Positions 9,902 to 19,834 are shown, numbered from the stretch's first letter. The stretch is DNA of 51,403 nucleotides from Acidobacteriota bacterium (GCA_013813355.1 JACCRT010000046.1:1-51403), one strand, 5' to 3'. The notes: a model not told the origin generated them from the letters alone. A program made the numbers and translations.

Positions 9902-11022
9902 AGATCGTGGTCCTCGGCCTGTCGATCACCTCGTCATGGGGCAACGGGCACGCGACCACGTACCGGGCGCTCGTTCGTGCCCTCGCCGCGCGCGGCCACT
10001 CCGTGCTGTTTCTCGAACGCGACGTCGAGTGGTACGCGCAGCACCGGGACCTACCGAACCCGTCGTACTGCGCGGTGCGGCTCTACGACAGCCTGGAGGC
10101 GCTCGAGGAGCGGCACGTCGCCGACCTCCGGGCGGCCGACCTCGTGATGCTGGGTTCCTACGTGCCGGACGGCATTGCCGTGGGCGATTTCGTGCTGCGC
10201 GTGGCGGGCGGCGTGACGGCGTTCTACGACATCGACACCCCGGTCACCCTCTCACGGCTGGCCGCCGGCGGCGCCGAGTATCTCGCACCGCGCCAGATCC
10301 CGCACTTCGATCTCTATCTCTCGTTCGCCGGAGGGCCCGCACTGGTGACCCTGCAGAACATGTATGGGGCACGGAGGGCACGGCCGCTGTACTGCTCGGT
10401 CGATCCCGAGCTGTATTTCCCGGCTACGACAAGAGGGGAACCCGTCTGGGATCTGGGCTACCTGGGCACCTATGGCGACGACCGCCAGCCGGTGCTGGAC
10501 CGGCTGATGCTGCAGGCGGCGGGGAGCTGGGCGGCGGGCCGCTTCGTCGTGGCCGGTCCGCAGTACCCCGACGGCATTCGCTGGCCGGCCAACGTCGAAC
10601 GGATCGAGCACCTGCCACCCACTGAACACCGCGCGTTCTACAACAGCATGCGATACACCCTCAACGTGACGCGGCGGGATATGGTGCGGGCCGGATTTTC
10701 GCCGAGCGTGAGGCTGTTCGAGGCCGCCGCCTGCGGTGTTCCGATCATCAGCGATGCCTGGATTGGGCTCGATCGCTTCTTCACCCCCGCGGTCGAGATC
10801 CTGATCGCCAACGGGCCCCGCCAGACGCTCCGCTACCTGCGCGACATCCCGGAAGCCGACCGGCGGGAGATCGGGCGGCGCGGCCGGGCCCGGGTGATGG
10901 GGGCACATACGGCTGAGCATCGTGCTATCGAACTCGAGACCTGCGTGCGCGAGGCGGGGTATCCGCAGGCTGATCCCGCCCGTACCTCCTTCAAAGACGG
11001 TGTGGAGACGTTCCTCTCATGA
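9898..11022 (+). CDS. CgeB-family glycosyltransferase
   Basis: MKIVVLGLSITSSWGNGHATTYR, YDIDTP, SPSVRLFEAAACG. Confidence 0.85.
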   Translation: MKIVVLGLSITSSWGNGHATTYRALVRALAARGHSVLFLERDVEWYAQHRDLPNPSYCAVRLYDSLEALEERHVADLRAADLVMLGSYVPDGIAVGDFVLRVAGGVTAFYDIDTPVTLSRLAAGGAEYLAPRQIPHFDLYLSFAGGPALVTLQNMYGARRARPLYCSVDPELYFPATTRGEPVWDLGYLGTYGDDRQPVLDRLMLQAAGSWAAGRFVVAGPQYPDGIRWPANVERIEHLPPTEHRAFYNSMRYTLNVTRRDMVRAGFSPSVRLFEAAACGVPIISDAWIGLDRFFTPAVEILIANGPRQTLRYLRDIPEADRREIGRRGRARVMGAHTAEHRAIELETCVREAGYPQADPARTSFKDGVETFLS

Positions 11023-11792
11023 GCAGCGCGGTAATGACGACGGACCAGATCAGAACGCGCGTGCGCGAGCTGGGCGACTGGTTTCACAACATGGATCTCG
11101 GTGGCGTGCAGACGGCCCCCGACCACTACCTTGGTGATTATCCGGGGGTCAAATGGCGCCGGTTCGCGAATGCGATCCCTTACGACCTGTCGGGCCGGAC
11201 CGTGCTCGACATCGGCTGCAACGCGGGGTTCTATTCGATCGAGATGAAGCGGCGCGGCGCCGATCGGGTCGTCGGGGTCGATAGTGACGAGCGGTACCTC
11301 GAACAGGCACGGTTTGCCGCCGGCATCGCGGGTGTCGAGATCGAGTTCCAGAAGATGTCGGTCTATGACGTGCCCAACCTGCGGGAGCGCTTCGACGTCG
11401 TCCTCTTCATGGGTGTGCTGTACCACCTCCGCTACCCGTTGCTCGCCCTCGACCTGTTGTTCGAGCACGTCACGCGGGATCTGGTCGTGTTCCAGTCGAT
11501 GCTGCGCGGAAACCACGAGACACGGCGGTTCGCCGAGGACTACGAGTTCGACGAGATGGAGCACTTTGACGATCCGGCCTACCCGCGGCTGTATTTCGTC
11601 GAGCACAGGTACTGCGGCGACGAGACCAACTGGTGGATCCCCAACCGCGCCTGCGCCGCGGCGATGCTGCGGAGCTCGGGTTTCGATGTCATCGGTCATC
11701 CGGAAGAAGAAGTCTTCATCTGCCAGCGCCGGAACGCCACGCCGGAGCACATGAAGCGGGAAGGGGAAAGGCCGGCGTGGTTGAAGCGGTAA
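11019..11792 (+). CDS. SAM-dependent methyltransferase (TIGR04290/CmoB-like)
   Basis: VLDIGCNAG, FMGVLYHLRYP, TNWWIPN. Confidence 0.88.
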   Translation: MSSAVMTTDQIRTRVRELGDWFHNMDLGGVQTAPDHYLGDYPGVKWRRFANAIPYDLSGRTVLDIGCNAGFYSIEMKRRGADRVVGVDSDERYLEQARFAAGIAGVEIEFQKMSVYDVPNLRERFDVVLFMGVLYHLRYPLLALDLLFEHVTRDLVVFQSMLRGNHETRRFAEDYEFDEMEHFDDPAYPRLYFVEHRYCGDETNWWIPNRACAAAMLRSSGFDVIGHPEEEVFICQRRNATPEHMKREGERPAWLKR

Positions 11793-12661
11793 TGCTCTGG
11801 AACGAGCCGAACAACCTTTCGCACTGGGACTTCGAGATCGATCCCGAGTGGAAGCTGTTCGCCGGGCTCGTCAAGTCCGCCTCCGCGGCCGTGGCGGCGG
11901 AGCGCCCCCGGCTGTCGCGGGTGATGGGCGGGCTGTCACCCATCGATCCCTGTTTCGTCCGGACGCTGCAGGCCCATGGAGCGCTCGACGCGGTGGACGT
12001 GCTGGCCCTGCACGGGTTTCCGCTCGACTGGAACCACTGGCAGATACACGAGTGGCCCGACAAGCTGGAGGAAATCCGCGCGGTGACGAACCTGCCGCTC
12101 TGGGTGTCGGAGGTCGGCGTGTCGACGTTCGGCGCGGAAGAGGTGCAGGCCTTTGGCCTGCGCCGGACGGCCGAGCTGCTGCGGGGGCAGGTGGATCGCG
12201 TCCATTGGTACAGCCTCTATGACCTGCCGCGCGCCTGGCCCGCCACGACGAGACATCGCGAGGCCGAGGGGTCAGCCTACTACCGCCACTTCTACATGGG
12301 CCTGCTGCGCGAGGACGGCTCGCCGAAACTGGCGGCCGAACAGTTCCATGAGTTCACGCCCGATCTCGGCATCTGCCAATGGTTCCACTTCGAGGACCCA
12401 CGACTCGGCGAAGCCGTCAGATGGCTCGAACGGCTCGGCGTGCGGTACCTCCGGACGGGTCTCAGCTGGGCGGACTCGATCCGGCCGGGGGCCCAGGACT
12501 GGTTCGACCGGCAGATGCGCGCGCTCGAACCCTTTGAGGTGACGCTCACGTTCTGCTTCACGCCCGAAGGCGAGGGCATCCGGCCGAATCATACGAGCCC
12601 TCCTCGGAATGCGCAGGCCTTCGCCGACTTCTGCGCCGCGCAGATCCGGCGGTATGCGTGA
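11777..12661 (+). CDS. Clan GH-A-like glycoside hydrolase (beta-xylosidase-like)
   Basis: WNEPN acid/base and WVSEVG nucleophile motifs; GTG start overlapping the methyltransferase end. Confidence 0.75.
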   Translation: MVEAVMLWNEPNNLSHWDFEIDPEWKLFAGLVKSASAAVAAERPRLSRVMGGLSPIDPCFVRTLQAHGALDAVDVLALHGFPLDWNHWQIHEWPDKLEEIRAVTNLPLWVSEVGVSTFGAEEVQAFGLRRTAELLRGQVDRVHWYSLYDLPRAWPATTRHREAEGSAYYRHFYMGLLREDGSPKLAAEQFHEFTPDLGICQWFHFEDPRLGEAVRWLERLGVRYLRTGLSWADSIRPGAQDWFDRQMRALEPFEVTLTFCFTPEGEGIRPNHTSPPRNAQAFADFCAAQIRRYA

Positions 12662-12761
12662 TGGCTGTTAAGCGTCCAGTACCTGCGGCTCGATGTATGA
12701 ATCGCATCCGGGTGGCGGCGCGAGCCGGCGCGCCGGCCGCCAGTTTACGGGGTGTAATGGC

Positions 12762-12776
12762 TGGCACGTGAGTTGC
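12762..12776 (+). promoter_or_regulatory. Sigma54 -24/-12 promoter
   Basis: TGGCAC-GTGAG-TTGC matches the consensus; predicted +1 near 12788, next to ATG 12789. Confidence 0.65.
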
Positions 12777-12788
12777 GCCGAGCGAGGC

Positions 12789-13013
12789 ATGGCAAAGACC
12801 AGGAAGAAGACAGCAGGAGCCGCCCCGGATGCAGACAGGCCCGCTTCGCAGCGTGCTGGTGGGACGTCGTCGGCCAGGCTCGACAGCGAGCGCGTCGCGG
12901 CCAGAGCCTATGAACGCTACCTTGCCCGCGGCGGCGTGGACCGCCTCGCCATGGACGACTGGCTCGAGGCCGAGCGCGAGGTGAGCGAGTCGAGTGGTGA
13001 GGGCGACACGTGA
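12789..13013 (+). CDS. DUF2934-domain small protein
   Basis: ERVAARAYERYLARGG..DDWLEAERE. Confidence 0.8.
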   Translation: MAKTRKKTAGAAPDADRPASQRAGGTSSARLDSERVAARAYERYLARGGVDRLAMDDWLEAEREVSESSGEGDT

Positions 13014-13459
13014 GTCCTGACGCCGACGTTCTGGCGCGCGGCCGTGCTGCAGCTGAGCGGTCCACTCCGGCGGGCGGGCGTGTCACCAGCGAGCGAGCCA
13101 TCCTGGCAGCGCAGGGTGCCTACTTCGCGGCCACAGGGTTGTGGCCCATCTTTCACATGCGAAGTTTCGAGGCGATCACCGGCCCCAAGGTGGACCGCTG
13201 GCTGGTGAAAACCGTGGGCCTCTGCATAGCCTGCATCGGTGGCACGCTGCTCGCCGCGGCGCGCCACGATCGCGTCACCCCTGAGATCCGCGGGCTGGCA
13301 ATCTCATCGGCCTCGGCCCTCGCGGCCATCGACGTGTACTACAGCGCCACAGGCCGCATCAGCCCCATCTACCTTGCCGATGCCGTCGCGGAAGCCGGAC
13401 TTATTGCAGGGTTCGTGCGGGAGGGACGCCGCGCCGGGCGTGTGCCAACTCCAGGGTGA
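13010..13459 (+). CDS. Conserved hypothetical membrane protein
   Basis: Four hydrophobic segments; TGLWP..SFEAITGPK.D.WLVKTVG; GTGA overlap. Confidence 0.7.
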   Translation: MSPDADVLARGRAAAERSTPAGGRVTSERAILAAQGAYFAATGLWPIFHMRSFEAITGPKVDRWLVKTVGLCIACIGGTLLAAARHDRVTPEIRGLAISSASALAAIDVYYSATGRISPIYLADAVAEAGLIAGFVREGRRAGRVPTPG

Positions 13460-13468
13460 ACCCCGTGA

Positions 13469-13801
13469 TTAGAAGAGCCGCGCCCCGGGTGCGACATCCG
13501 CTTCGGGCATCACGAGGACCACGGCGCCGTCGGCGTCGGGGACGCCCAGCGTGAGCACCTCCGATGGGAACGGGCCGATCTGGCGCGCAGGGAAGTTGAC
13601 GACCGCCAGCACCAGGCGGCCGACGAGATCGTGCAGGGCGTAGCGGACCGTCAATTGCGCCGAGGACGTCCTGGTTCCGAGCTCCGATCCGAAATCAATC
13701 CAGAGCTTGTAGGCAGGCTTCCGCGCCTCCGGAAAGGCTTCGGCGCGCAGGATGCGGCCCACCCGCACGTCCACCTTCTCGAAGTCCGCGATCGAGATCA
13801 C
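13469..13801 (-). CDS. csaA: tRNA-binding/export chaperone CsaA
   Basis: DFEKVDVRVG, ARKPAYKLWIDFG, SSAQLT, VVNFPARQIGPF; GTG start at 13801. Confidence 0.88.
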   Translation of the reverse strand: MISIADFEKVDVRVGRILRAEAFPEARKPAYKLWIDFGSELGTRTSSAQLTVRYALHDLVGRLVLAVVNFPARQIGPFPSEVLTLGVPDADGAVVLVMPEADVAPGARLF

Positions 13802-13913
13802 CGGCTGGCGGCCTTGCGCCTGTAGCGGGCGCCAGGATCGCCGTCCACCAGGAGAATCCGCAGTGTGGCCATGCGGCACCATGATGAGCGAAGAGGCGCG
13901 GGGAGGCAAGCGC

Positions 13914-14408
13914 GTGAAGAAGCTGAAGGATCCTGAAGAGCCGCTGGATCGGCTGTTCAGCCGGATGCGTCCGCTGCGGCGTCATCTCGGCCCGGTCCGT
14001 TACCAGCTTCCGCCCCGGTGGAAGCTCGACCTTCAACGGCTGGAGCAGTTTCTGCAGGCACTGCCGTCGGGTGCAAGGCACGTGGTGGAGTGTCGCGAGC
14101 CGAGCTGGTATGCGCCCGAGGCGCTCGCACTCCTCGAGCCTCGGGGGGTGGCGCTCTGCCTGCACGACATGCAGGGAACGGCGACCGGGCGCCAGCGCGT
14201 CGGCCCCCTCGTGTACGTCCGCGTCCATGGGTCCAGCGGGCGCTACAACGGCTCGTACGCCGACGATCAGCTGCCAGACTGGGCGGACTGGCTGCACGCG
14301 CAGCGCGGGTCAGGGTGCGACGTGTACGCCTGCTTCAACAACGATATCGGCGGCCATGCACCGCGGAATGCGGTGACGGTGCGCCGGTACATGGAGGCAC
14401 TCGAATGA
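13914..14408 (+). pseudogene. DUF72-family protein lacking its N-terminal part
   Basis: KKLKDP, LGPVRYQLPP, VECREPSW, YVRVHG, FNND..GHAPRNA present; the usual N-terminal GTSGW/ELN motifs are absent. Confidence 0.65.
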
Positions 14409-15427
14409 ACAGCCAGGCGATGTTCCTGCTGGGGGTGATGGGGGGCGCTGCCGCCGTCGTCGCCGGCAGCCAGGCGATCCGTCGGCGTCACGCGATCGAC
14501 TTTGCCGGGCGCGTGGTGGTGATCACCGGGGGGTCGCGGGGGCTGGGGCTGGTGCTTGCCCGCCAGCTCGCCGCCGAGGGCGCCCGCCTGTGCCTGCTGG
14601 CACGCGCCGAGGCGGAACTCGCCCGGGCGCGCGATGAACTGCTCGATTCCGGTGCGGAGGTGATGACCCTCCGCTGCGACGTCCGCCGCCGGGCAGACGT
14701 GCGGGCGGCGGTCGATCGGATTCTGGAACGCTGGTCCAGGGTGGACGTGCTCATCAACAACGCCGGCGTCATCCAGGTGGGGCCGCTCGAGCACATGACG
14801 CCCGAGGACTTCGAGAACTCGATGGCGACCCACTTCTGGGGTCCGCTGCACATGATGTACGAGATCGTTCCGGAAATGCGCCGGCGGGGATTCGGCCGAA
14901 TCGTGAACATCTCCTCGATCGGCGGCCGGGTCGCCGTCCCGCACCTCGCGCCGTATTGCGCGGGCAAGTTCGCGCTTGCAGGCCTGTCGGACGCGGTGCG
15001 TGCCGAACTGAATCAGTACGGCGTGCGCGTGACGACGGTCGCGCCGGGGTTGATGCGGACAGGCTCGCCGATGAATGCCGATATGAAGGGGCAGCATGAG
15101 GCGGAGTACGCGTGGTTTGCGATCTCCAGTTCCCTGCCAGGGCTGAGCATCTCGGCGGACGCCGCGGCGCGTCAGATCGTTGAGGCGTGCCGGCACGGCG
15201 ACCCCGAGTTGACGATCACGTTGCAGGCGCGGCTGGCGGTGATGCTGACTCATGTCGCGCCGGGCGTGGTCGGCCGCATGATGATGATCGCGAACCGGTT
15301 CTTGCCCGGCCCCGCGGGCGTGGCCGGCGATCGCCACCGGAAAGGGCGTGAGAGCGAGTCGAAGTGGGCGCCCTCGGCCGCAACGATCCTGACGAATCGC
15401 GCGGCCGCGGCGAACAACGAATGGTGA
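14405..15427 (+). CDS. Short-chain dehydrogenase/reductase with N-terminal membrane anchor
   Basis: TGGSRGLG, NNAG, YCAGK. Confidence 0.88.
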   Translation: MNSQAMFLLGVMGGAAAVVAGSQAIRRRHAIDFAGRVVVITGGSRGLGLVLARQLAAEGARLCLLARAEAELARARDELLDSGAEVMTLRCDVRRRADVRAAVDRILERWSRVDVLINNAGVIQVGPLEHMTPEDFENSMATHFWGPLHMMYEIVPEMRRRGFGRIVNISSIGGRVAVPHLAPYCAGKFALAGLSDAVRAELNQYGVRVTTVAPGLMRTGSPMNADMKGQHEAEYAWFAISSSLPGLSISADAAARQIVEACRHGDPELTITLQARLAVMLTHVAPGVVGRMMMIANRFLPGPAGVAGDRHRKGRESESKWAPSAATILTNRAAAANNEW

Positions 15428-15465
15428 CCGTGGGAGGAGCGATCCTCCGACCGATGACCCTTCGA

Positions 15466-16185
15466 TCAGGGCACGACTTCGCCTGATTCGACCTGCTGCT
15501 TGAAGCGGCGCAGGTCTTCGCGAATTTCGGTGGCCGCATCGCGGCCGACCAGCCGCGCGATGGCGGCACCCGCCTTGCCGCCCGGGGGGCTGTACTGCAG
15601 GCGCACGCGGAGCCTGGTGCCGCGCCCGGCCTTTTCGAAGTTTACCGAGCCGGCGCTGACCACCTCGGATCCCTCGAGCGAGCGCCACCCGATGAGCTTG
15701 TTCGGAACCTCGTTGTTGACTTCCGCATTCCACTCGACCGACATCCCGGCTGGCCCCTTCGCGCGCCAGCGGGAGATCGTCTCGGTGATGGGCTCGACCG
15801 ACTCGAGGTGCCGCATGAACCGGGGAAGGTTCTCGAAGTTCCGCCAGAAGCGGTACAGCTCCTCCGCCGAGCGATTGATCGTGACGCTTTCCTCGACGAG
15901 CACGCCGGCCGATCCGCCAAGCGCCGCCCGCGTGTCTCCGCCGCCGGTCGCGGTGTCGATTCCCATGGCCTGGTAGACATCGCAGTGTGCGGTGATGCCG
16001 CGTCGGAAGAGCATGGCGAGGGCGGCGATGACGTAACCGGACGGGCGCTGCCGGGTGATGCCGAAAGCGGCCAGCCCGATGCCGGTACTCATCGAGATCC
16101 AGCGTTCCAGTTTGCTGATGTTGTGGCCTCCCTGCAGCCAGGCGGCGGCCGGGCTACCCTGTCGAGTCTCGCTCTCAACCATCAT
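15466..16185 (-). CDS. DUF2892 + SRPBCC (cyclase/dehydrase-like) protein
   Basis: NISKLERW..HCDVY; VEESVTINRS, FWRNFENLPRFMRHLESV, DLRRFKQ; GGAG RBS. Confidence 0.85.
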   Translation of the reverse strand: MMVESETRQGSPAAAWLQGGHNISKLERWISMSTGIGLAAFGITRQRPSGYVIAALAMLFRRGITAHCDVYQAMGIDTATGGGDTRAALGGSAGVLVEESVTINRSAEELYRFWRNFENLPRFMRHLESVEPITETISRWRAKGPAGMSVEWNAEVNNEVPNKLIGWRSLEGSEVVSAGSVNFEKAGRGTRLRVRLQYSPPGGKAGAAIARLVGRDAATEIREDLRRFKQQVESGEVVP

Positions 16186-16222
16186 AATCGTCGTCTCCAC
16201 TTCAGTTGTAGGTCGCGTGGCA

Positions 16223-16597
16223 TCAGCGGCGGCTGGCGCCCGTCGTTGGTGTCCAGGACGGGGAGTCGCTCGCCGGGAAGGATCCTTCGGACGCATCGTC
16301 CACGCGGTCGTGTGCACGCCATCCCCAGTCGACCAGCCGGCTGTCGACCCAATCGCGGGCCACCCCATAGTCGTGCCGGCCCATCGCGGCACGTACCGCG
16401 AGCACGGCGCCCGCCGTGGCGGCGAGGCCACCCCCGAAGCCGCCGCGGCGAGCGCCCGTAATCGCGAGCGCGACGCCCCAGGCGGCGGTCATCCAGCGCT
16501 GCTGGTCGTAGTCCGAGAGCGCGGCCGACCAGCCGGGTTCGTCCCAGACGCTCTTCGAGCCGCGCGACACCTGCAGATTCATGGTTCCATCGGCCAT
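16223..16597 (-). CDS. Hypothetical membrane protein with VDxASExSFPASDxP tail
   Basis: Two hydrophobic helices; C-terminal DRVDDASEGSFPASDSPSW. Confidence 0.7.
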   Translation of the reverse strand: MADGTMNLQVSRGSKSVWDEPGWSAALSDYDQQRWMTAAWGVALAITGARRGGFGGGLAATAGAVLAVRAAMGRHDYGVARDWVDSRLVDWGWRAHDRVDDASEGSFPASDSPSWTPTTGASRR

Positions 16598-16654
16598 CGA
16601 GTATCAGTCCTTTCGCAGGCCCGGGCGTCCGCCCAAGCGTAACAGCCTTAATGG

Positions 16655-16670
16655 TGCACAAGACGTACCC
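16655..16670 (-). promoter_or_regulatory. Sigma54 promoter candidate
   Basis: Minus strand GGGTAC-GTCTT-GTGCA with GG-N10-GC spacing, 58 nt upstream of ATG 16597. Confidence 0.4.
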
Positions 16671-16765
16671 GGAAGCGTACTCCTCGACCCGCCGCCCCGG
16701 GTCGGCTTTTGAGGACCACGCAAACGGGACAGGGTGGGGCACGGGATCCACGGCTACAATGCGTG

Positions 16766-18376
16766 ATGCGCCTACCCCGAGCATTGTTGGCCACGGCTGT
16801 CACTCTCCTGGTCATTAGCGGCCTTACCGTCCAGGGCAGCTTCCGATCGCAGCCGGCTGAGCCGTTCGATGTCCTGATTCGAAACGGCCGTGTCATGGAC
16901 GGCTCGGGCAATCCGTGGCTGCGGCTCGACATTGGCGTCCGGGGTGACCGCATCGTGGCGGTCGGACGGCTGGGCAATGCGCCGGCCCAGAGGACGATTG
17001 ACGCAGGGGACCGGCTCGTGACGCCCGGCTTCATCGACGTGCATTCGCACGCAGCGGAGGGGCTCCCGCACCCGGACCTCCGGCAGGGCCGGCCCCTTCT
17101 GTCGCAGGGGATCACGACCGTCGTCGTCAACCCTGATGGTGGAGGTCCGGTCGATCTTGCCCGGCAGCGGGCAGCGCTCACCGGCGGCGGTGTCGGGCCG
17201 AACGTGGCGCTGCTCATCGGCCACGGCAGCGTCCGCCGGAATGTTCTCGGTGCCGCCAACCGGCCGCCGACCGCCGAGGAACTGGATCGGATGCGCGCGC
17301 TTGTCCGGGCCGCCATGGACGAGGGCGCTTACGGCCTGTCGAGCGGCCTCTTCTATACGCCGGGCAGCTTCGCGCAGACCGAGGAAGTCATTGCGCTCGC
17401 ACAGGTCGCGGCGGAGTTCGGCGGGCTGTATACGAGCCACATCCGCGACGAGGGTGACTACAACATCGGGGTGGTCGCGGCCGTGCAGGAAGTGATTCGG
17501 ATCGCGGAGGAGGCCGCGATTCCCGGCATCGTCAGCCACATGAAAGCGCTGGGGCCAGATAACTGGGGCCTGGCGCCCGCGCTGACGCAGCGGATCGAGA
17601 CGGCCCGCGCCCGCGGTGTGCAGGTGTTCGCGGATCAATACCCCTACGAGGCGTCGTCGACCAACCTCGGTGCGGCGCTGTTGCCCGGCGGCGTGACCGT
17701 CCCTGCGCCTGAGGAGCTGCTGCGCTCGATCGAATCGCTGACGCCGGCCGAACGCGTCGAGCGGGCCAGGCTGGAACAGGCGGTTGCCGAGAACCTCCGT
17801 CGGCGTGGCGGTGCCGAAGCGATCCAGATTGCCTTTCACCGCGCGGACGCGTCGCTCGAGGGCCGTACGCTCGGGGAGATCGCGGCCATGCGGGGGACCA
17901 CACCCGAGCGCGCCGCGCTGGCGCTGATGGCAGGCGGGGGAGCGTCGATCGTCTCGTACAACATGTCGGAAGACGACATCCGGCATATCATGCGGAAGCC
18001 GTACACGATGACCTCGAGCGATGGCGGGCTCGTGCTGCCGACATCCGGCAAGCCACATCCGCGCAACTACGGCGCATTTTCGCGCAAGCTTGCCCTCTAC
18101 GTGCGCGAGGGCCGAGTCCTGGACCTGGAGTTCGCGATCCGCTCGATGACCAGCCTGCCGGCTTCGGTCTTCGGCATACGCGATCGCGGCCTCATCAGGG
18201 AAGGGGCGGTCGCCGATTTGCTGATTTTCGATCCGGCGCTCGTCCGCGATCGCGCCACCTACACCGATCCGCACCAGTTGGCGGAGGGCATGGCGTACGT
18301 GCTCGTCAATGGGGTTGTCGTCGTGGACGAGGGACGGTTTACCGAGGCGCTGCCGGGAAAGGTGCTACGGAAATAG
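16766..18376 (+). CDS. N-acyl-D-amino-acid deacylase (amidohydrolase), exported
   Basis: PGFIDVHSH, SHIRDE, SHMK, SSDGG, HPRNYGAF; signal peptide. Confidence 0.9.
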   Translation: MRLPRALLATAVTLLVISGLTVQGSFRSQPAEPFDVLIRNGRVMDGSGNPWLRLDIGVRGDRIVAVGRLGNAPAQRTIDAGDRLVTPGFIDVHSHAAEGLPHPDLRQGRPLLSQGITTVVVNPDGGGPVDLARQRAALTGGGVGPNVALLIGHGSVRRNVLGAANRPPTAEELDRMRALVRAAMDEGAYGLSSGLFYTPGSFAQTEEVIALAQVAAEFGGLYTSHIRDEGDYNIGVVAAVQEVIRIAEEAAIPGIVSHMKALGPDNWGLAPALTQRIETARARGVQVFADQYPYEASSTNLGAALLPGGVTVPAPEELLRSIESLTPAERVERARLEQAVAENLRRRGGAEAIQIAFHRADASLEGRTLGEIAAMRGTTPERAALALMAGGGASIVSYNMSEDDIRHIMRKPYTMTSSDGGLVLPTSGKPHPRNYGAFSRKLALYVREGRVLDLEFAIRSMTSLPASVFGIRDRGLIREGAVADLLIFDPALVRDRATYTDPHQLAEGMAYVLVNGVVVVDEGRFTEALPGKVLRK

Positions 18377-19834
18377 GCCGGGCTGCGGGGCATACCGTGC
18401 CAGCCACTGCTTCAGCCGGAGCTTGCGGCTGGCGCTCCCGGATGTCATGCACCGGACGGTCCCGAAGATGGGCCGCTCGAACCAGGGTCGGTCGTAGCGC
18501 CCGAGCACCCATCCGTAGCTCGCGTACGAGATCGGATCGCGGCCGTCGAGCGAGTACCGGTTCATCAGGTGCTCCATCCGCGCGAGCGCCTCGCGAGGCT
18601 CGACGGACCATTCGAGGATCTTCTTGCCCCAGACCATCCGCATGTAGCCGTGGAACCAGCCCTCAGTTGTCAATTGCCGCTGGGCGGCGTTCCAGATGCG
18701 ATCGTGGGTCGCGGCGTCCTCGAGCTGTCGGCTGGTGTACAGATGCGGCCTCGGATCGTCGAGGTGCGCGTCGAGCGTCCGTCGCGCCCAGGCCGGAATG
18801 GCCTCGTAGCCCGTGGCCTGCGACCACTGGCAGCCGTTGAAGGCGAGTTCGCGCCAGACCACCAGCTGATCGAGGAAGGTCTCGGCGGACGCTGAGACGC
18901 CCCACCATCCCTCGCGGGCGCCGCCGGCCCCGGCGGCGAGCCGCCTGGTCGTCCATCGTTCGGCGCTCATGACCGCCGCGAAGACTTCGTGTGAGGCGAG
19001 GTGGCCGAAGTGCAGGTAGGGCGAGAGCCGGCTCGTCGCGTCGGCGTCCGGGTGGTTGTGCGCCTCGCCATACGCCGCCAGCCGCTCGCGGACGAAGGTG
19101 TTCAACGCCCGGGCCGCCGCCGTGCTGCCGCCTCTCGTGTCCGCCGGCGCCACGGCGTGATCGATCGGAAGGGTCGCGAGCGCGGCCACGCGGCCTTGGA
19201 GCATTCCCGGCTCGGCTGCGGGCCACTCGGTCGTGATGGAGGGGGGGACGGGATCGACGGCGGGCGCCTCGAAACCTTCAAGCGGATCCTCCTGCGGGAA
19301 CTGCTTGAGGTGGGTCTTGAGCTCGCGCTGGACGAAGGCGCGGTAACCGCGGGCGGTCGGGAACTCGCGGCCGTGCGCCGAGAGCGGCACCAGGCCGTTC
19401 GAATCGACGGCCTCGAGCCGCACGACCGACTGCCGCGCGGCGGCCGCCAACATGCGAGGCAGAAAGAATGCGGGGTAGCTGTCGGTCACGACCACGCAGG
19501 CCGCGCGTGCGAGCGCTGCGAGCAGGCCCTTGCCCGCACCTCGCGACGGCTCAACGTAGGCGTAGTAGCGGGCGCGGCCGAGCACCGCGGCCGCGTTGGC
19601 AGCCATACCGTCCAGGATGAAGCGGTGGAGGCGGTCGTTCGCCCACGGGTAGTCGCACCGGAGCGCCTCGAGTATCACGAGCGGCCGCTGCAGCTCCCGG
19701 GCGAGCTCCGTCGCGCGCTGGAGGCCGAAGTTCCAGCGTGTTCGCCGCGCCGTTGTCATCCAGTAGAGAACAAAGGCGCCGTCCGGATTGAGCGGGCGGT
19801 CGTTGAGCGGGCGGATGCGCCCGAGGGGTGTCAT
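18365..19834 (-). CDS. phr: Class II CPD photolyase
   Basis: VLYWM, SRLSPYLHFGH, THDRIWNAAQ, HGYMRMVWGKKILEW, DGRDP, ERPIFGTVR. Confidence 0.88.
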   Translation of the reverse strand: MTPLGRIRPLNDRPLNPDGAFVLYWMTTARRTRWNFGLQRATELARELQRPLVILEALRCDYPWANDRLHRFILDGMAANAAAVLGRARYYAYVEPSRGAGKGLLAALARAACVVVTDSYPAFFLPRMLAAAARQSVVRLEAVDSNGLVPLSAHGREFPTARGYRAFVQRELKTHLKQFPQEDPLEGFEAPAVDPVPPSITTEWPAAEPGMLQGRVAALATLPIDHAVAPADTRGGSTAAARALNTFVRERLAAYGEAHNHPDADATSRLSPYLHFGHLASHEVFAAVMSAERWTTRRLAAGAGGAREGWWGVSASAETFLDQLVVWRELAFNGCQWSQATGYEAIPAWARRTLDAHLDDPRPHLYTSRQLEDAATHDRIWNAAQRQLTTEGWFHGYMRMVWGKKILEWSVEPREALARMEHLMNRYSLDGRDPISYASYGWVLGRYDRPWFERPIFGTVRCMTSGSASRKLRLKQWLARYAPQPGLFP

